Notes under the pieces: model-generated
Told to the model about the DNA's origin: nothing
Seen by the model: only the letters and a program-made list of their open reading frames with translations
Database searches by the model: none
Made by a program: the position numbers and the translations under genes
DNA from: a virus
Virus record (IMG/VR): IMGVR_UViG_3300032086_003797
Location: 32,001-96,000 of that record
Length of the DNA stretch: 64,000 nucleotides
Reading direction: 5' to 3' (one strand)
Shown: positions 61,685 to 64,000 of the stretch, one piece after another
Layout: every line of letters starts with the position of its first letter
Position numbering within the stretch: the first letter of the stretch is position 1

Positions 61685-62287
61685 ATGTTGAAAGTATTAG
61701 GGAAGTTGCCGAGGGAGTTAGTGGTCGCTGTTAGTGGTGGTCCTGATTCTATGGCTATTTTAGATTTCCTTAATAATAATCATAAGGTGACAGCATATTA
61801 TTTTGATCATGGCACAACATTCGGAGAAGAGGCGTACCATTTCCTTAAGAGCTACTGCGCAAGTAGAAAAATCCCATTTGTAACCAGCGTTTTATCAGAA
61901 TCTCGTCCAAGCGGCAAGTCACTTGAGGAACATTGGCGGGATGAACGCTATAAACGATTTCACGACTATAACCTACCCATCGTAACTGGGCATAATTTAG
62001 ACGATGTTATTGAATGGTTCCTGTTCTCATCTGTGCATGGTAAAGGAAAAGTTATTCCTTATCAAAATAAAAATGTTATCCGTCCTTTCCTATCTACCTC
62101 GAAGCAAAGCTTGATTGACTGGTGTACAAGAAAAGGTATTCCGTTTCTGACTGACCCTGGTAATAGTAACAGAAAATTTATGAGAAGTATTATCAGACAC
62201 GACATGATGCCTATCGTAGAAGAAATTAACCCAGGTATTCAAAAAACATTTAAAAAAATTGTAGAAAGCAGGTATAATAACATCTAA
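61685..62287 (+). CDS. tilS: tRNA(Ile2) lysidine synthetase, catalytic domain only
   Basis: AVSGGPDS, DHG, R..RY, TGHNLDD, IRP, DPGN, RSIIRH. Confidence 0.9.
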   Translation: MLKVLGKLPRELVVAVSGGPDSMAILDFLNNNHKVTAYYFDHGTTFGEEAYHFLKSYCASRKIPFVTSVLSESRPSGKSLEEHWRDERYKRFHDYNLPIVTGHNLDDVIEWFLFSSVHGKGKVIPYQNKNVIRPFLSTSKQSLIDWCTRKGIPFLTDPGNSNRKFMRSIIRHDMMPIVEEINPGIQKTFKKIVESRYNNI

Positions 62288-62296
62288 CAGCACTGT

Positions 62297-62373
62297 GGTC
62301 CACTAGCTCAATTGGTTAGAGCAACTGACTCATAATCAGTAGGTTCGAGGTTCGATCCCTCGGTGGACTACCA
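62297..62373 (+). tRNA. tRNA with CAU anticodon, most likely tRNA-Ile2
   Basis: Cloverleaf; GACTCATAATC anticodon arm; C4:G69 and C5:G68 TilS determinants; starts 10 nt after tilS. Confidence 0.88.
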
Positions 62374-62374
62374 T

Positions 62375-62450
62375 GCCCGAATGGCTCAATTGGTAGAGCA
62401 GCGGTTTTGTAAACCGAAGGTTGTAGGTTCAAGTCCTACTTTGGGCACCA
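62375..62450 (+). tRNA. tRNA-Thr (anticodon UGU)
   Basis: Cloverleaf; anticodon loop TTTGTAA; encoded CCA. Confidence 0.93.
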
Positions 62451-62458
62451 AGAACAAT

Positions 62459-62484
62459 AAGCTCCCGAAAGGGGGCTTTTTTGT
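62459..62484 (+). terminator. Rho-independent terminator
   Basis: AAGCTCCC-GAAA-GGGGGCTT followed by a T run. Confidence 0.85.
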
Positions 62485-62541
62485 TTTATATGCAGTCTAT
62501 TTATTTTGTATGCCTAATATAATAATACAGGACTTCTTTAT

Positions 62542-63405
62542 ATGACTGCTAAATTAGTTATCGGAAATGTAGACTTATTTCCCTTCAATGGTGATGCTGC
62601 TGTAACAGGCAACCTTGAAGTAAGTGGAGTATTAAACCTTTCAGAAGTTACTAGCGTTCCTGGCGCTCCTGCTTCTGGTACAGTGAAAATGTTCATGTCT
62701 GGTAATCAAATGTTTGCCAAGTTTCCAGACAGCACTTTAGTAAACATGTCAAGCTCTGGTCCAAATGTGACTAACGCTTCTGATAATAGGCTTATCACCT
62801 CAGTAGATTCGGATTCTTTTAACGGAGAAGCAAACCTAACCTTCGATGGCACAGATTTAGAACTTACAGGTGCTCTAAACGTATCAGGCAATATACTAGT
62901 ATCTAACGACGTCACAACAGGATCTCAAGCAGGACCTGGGAGCTTCTTAGCATTAGACGCAAATAATAAGATAATATTGACAGAGGGCGGCGGCTCAGTA
63001 ACAATAGCGAATGATGCTAACAACAGGATTACTACTGCTGGTGGCGATGGCTCTATCAACGGTGAGGCAAACTTAACCTTTGATGGCAACAAGCTTGTTA
63101 TCAATGCTGGTTTGGTTCTAAATAGAAGAGCTATTACCTCGACCGTCACGGCTTCGGAGACAGATTATTATCTTGCTATTAGGGCTGCTGATGATTTGGA
63201 TATTAGGCTGCCCGATGCATCCAGCTTAACAGAGGGACAAACGTTTGTATTGAAAGATGAACTAGGCACGTCTCCGTCGCATAATGTCGCTATCTCCGCA
63301 TCAGGTGTTCAAACAATTGATGGTAAGAATTTTATTCTTTTGAACTCCCCTTTTGCTGCTATCCACCTATATACAAATGGTAGCAATGGTTATTTTATAT
63401 ACTAA
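62542..63405 (+). CDS. Virion fibre/structural protein with internal repeat
   Basis: Two copies of NR(L/I)xT...NGEANLTFDG; late motif at 62497. Confidence 0.7.
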   Translation: MTAKLVIGNVDLFPFNGDAAVTGNLEVSGVLNLSEVTSVPGAPASGTVKMFMSGNQMFAKFPDSTLVNMSSSGPNVTNASDNRLITSVDSDSFNGEANLTFDGTDLELTGALNVSGNILVSNDVTTGSQAGPGSFLALDANNKIILTEGGGSVTIANDANNRITTAGGDGSINGEANLTFDGNKLVINAGLVLNRRAITSTVTASETDYYLAIRAADDLDIRLPDASSLTEGQTFVLKDELGTSPSHNVAISASGVQTIDGKNFILLNSPFAAIHLYTNGSNGYFIY

Positions 63406-63552
63406 CCAAAATAGGTTCTGATATAACAACACATTATAGGTTATCATGGTTACATGAACTGATTAGCGTACCCAAACAACGCTGACAAAATTAGTTTATA
63501 AAAATGTTTTTTAGATAATAAGTTTTTCTCATTTCTTAGGAGGAAAATATAA

Positions 63553-64000
63553 ATGGCTTATAAATTTCAATCAGGACTCGCTCGCCTCGGCGGCGAAGTC
63601 CACATGGATTCAGCCCTATTAGTTTCTGGTTCAGTCAACTTGGCAGACAAGTCGCTACCCATAGCAGACTTGGATGTCAATGAAGGAACCAATTTAGGTC
63701 CAAATGCAGCACACACGGATGAGCTTATCATTCATGATGCTGATGCGGACGCTACTAAAAAGATTAGAGTTGTCGATCTTGGACAATATCTATCAGGTTC
63801 AGATCCAACTTTCTTGCAGGTCAACCAAGCAACACAGGCAGCTTCTGGTTCATTCAGAGTTGTTGGTCACAGCATCTCTGGTAGTGCTGCTCTAGAAGTT
63901 GTTGGACAAAGTTTCTTACAGGGTAAAGTCAATGCATCTGGTGCTATTGAAGCCGAAGGCTCCATTACTGCTGGATCTAGCTTTATCATTGGTAGTGCTG
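63553..64000 (+). CDS. Virion structural protein (3'-truncated by the window)
   Basis: AGGAGG RBS; MAYKFQSG..; SGS-rich; frame appears open to the window end. Confidence 0.65.
   Translation, partial: MAYKFQSGLARLGGEVHMDSALLVSGSVNLADKSLPIADLDVNEGTNLGPNAAHTDELIIHDADADATKKIRVVDLGQYLSGSDPTFLQVNQATQAASGSFRVVGHSISGSAALEVVGQSFLQGKVNASGAIEAEGSITAGSSFIIGSA

Noticed and set aside
62363-62545. 60-aa ORF in the track
   Set aside because: Overlaps tRNA-Thr and the terminator.

Overview
This window looks like a 64-kb slice of a large tailed dsDNA phage genome (T4-like/jumbo style). It uses the standard genetic code, almost all genes lie on the + strand, and I saw no rRNA, CRISPR array or integrase. In order it contains: (1) the end of a baseplate/tail gene; (2) a replication block with a short family-A polymerase, a tubulin-like gene, gp32-like SSB, FKBP, RecA/UvsX, a deaminase, a 5'-3' exonuclease, a DnaB/gp41 helicase, class II RNR, GroES and DnaE; (3) a cluster of envelope proteins and proteases; (4) a cluster of unrelated proteins sharing an N-terminal MKITKxQLxxIIKEE tag; (5) metabolic, chaperone and DNA-modification genes (IMPDH, ClpP, Mom-like, GroEL, PMM, Grx, two MTases, dUTPase); (6) an accessory region with six near-identical sigma70-type promoter+RBS cassettes, a MoxR/VWA pair and many small KOW/SH3-like proteins; (7) a tRNA-Arg/TilS/tRNA-Ile2/tRNA-Thr locus; (8) the start of a virion-fibre block. 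The best leads are the shared N-terminal tag (candidate capsid-loading/maturation signal), a site-1 protease / membrane substrate / site-2 protease triplet, avoidance in promoter-cassette genes of exactly the codons read by the phage tRNAs, and several unannotated pseudoknot-forming elements. All product calls come from motif recognition by eye; no searches were run.
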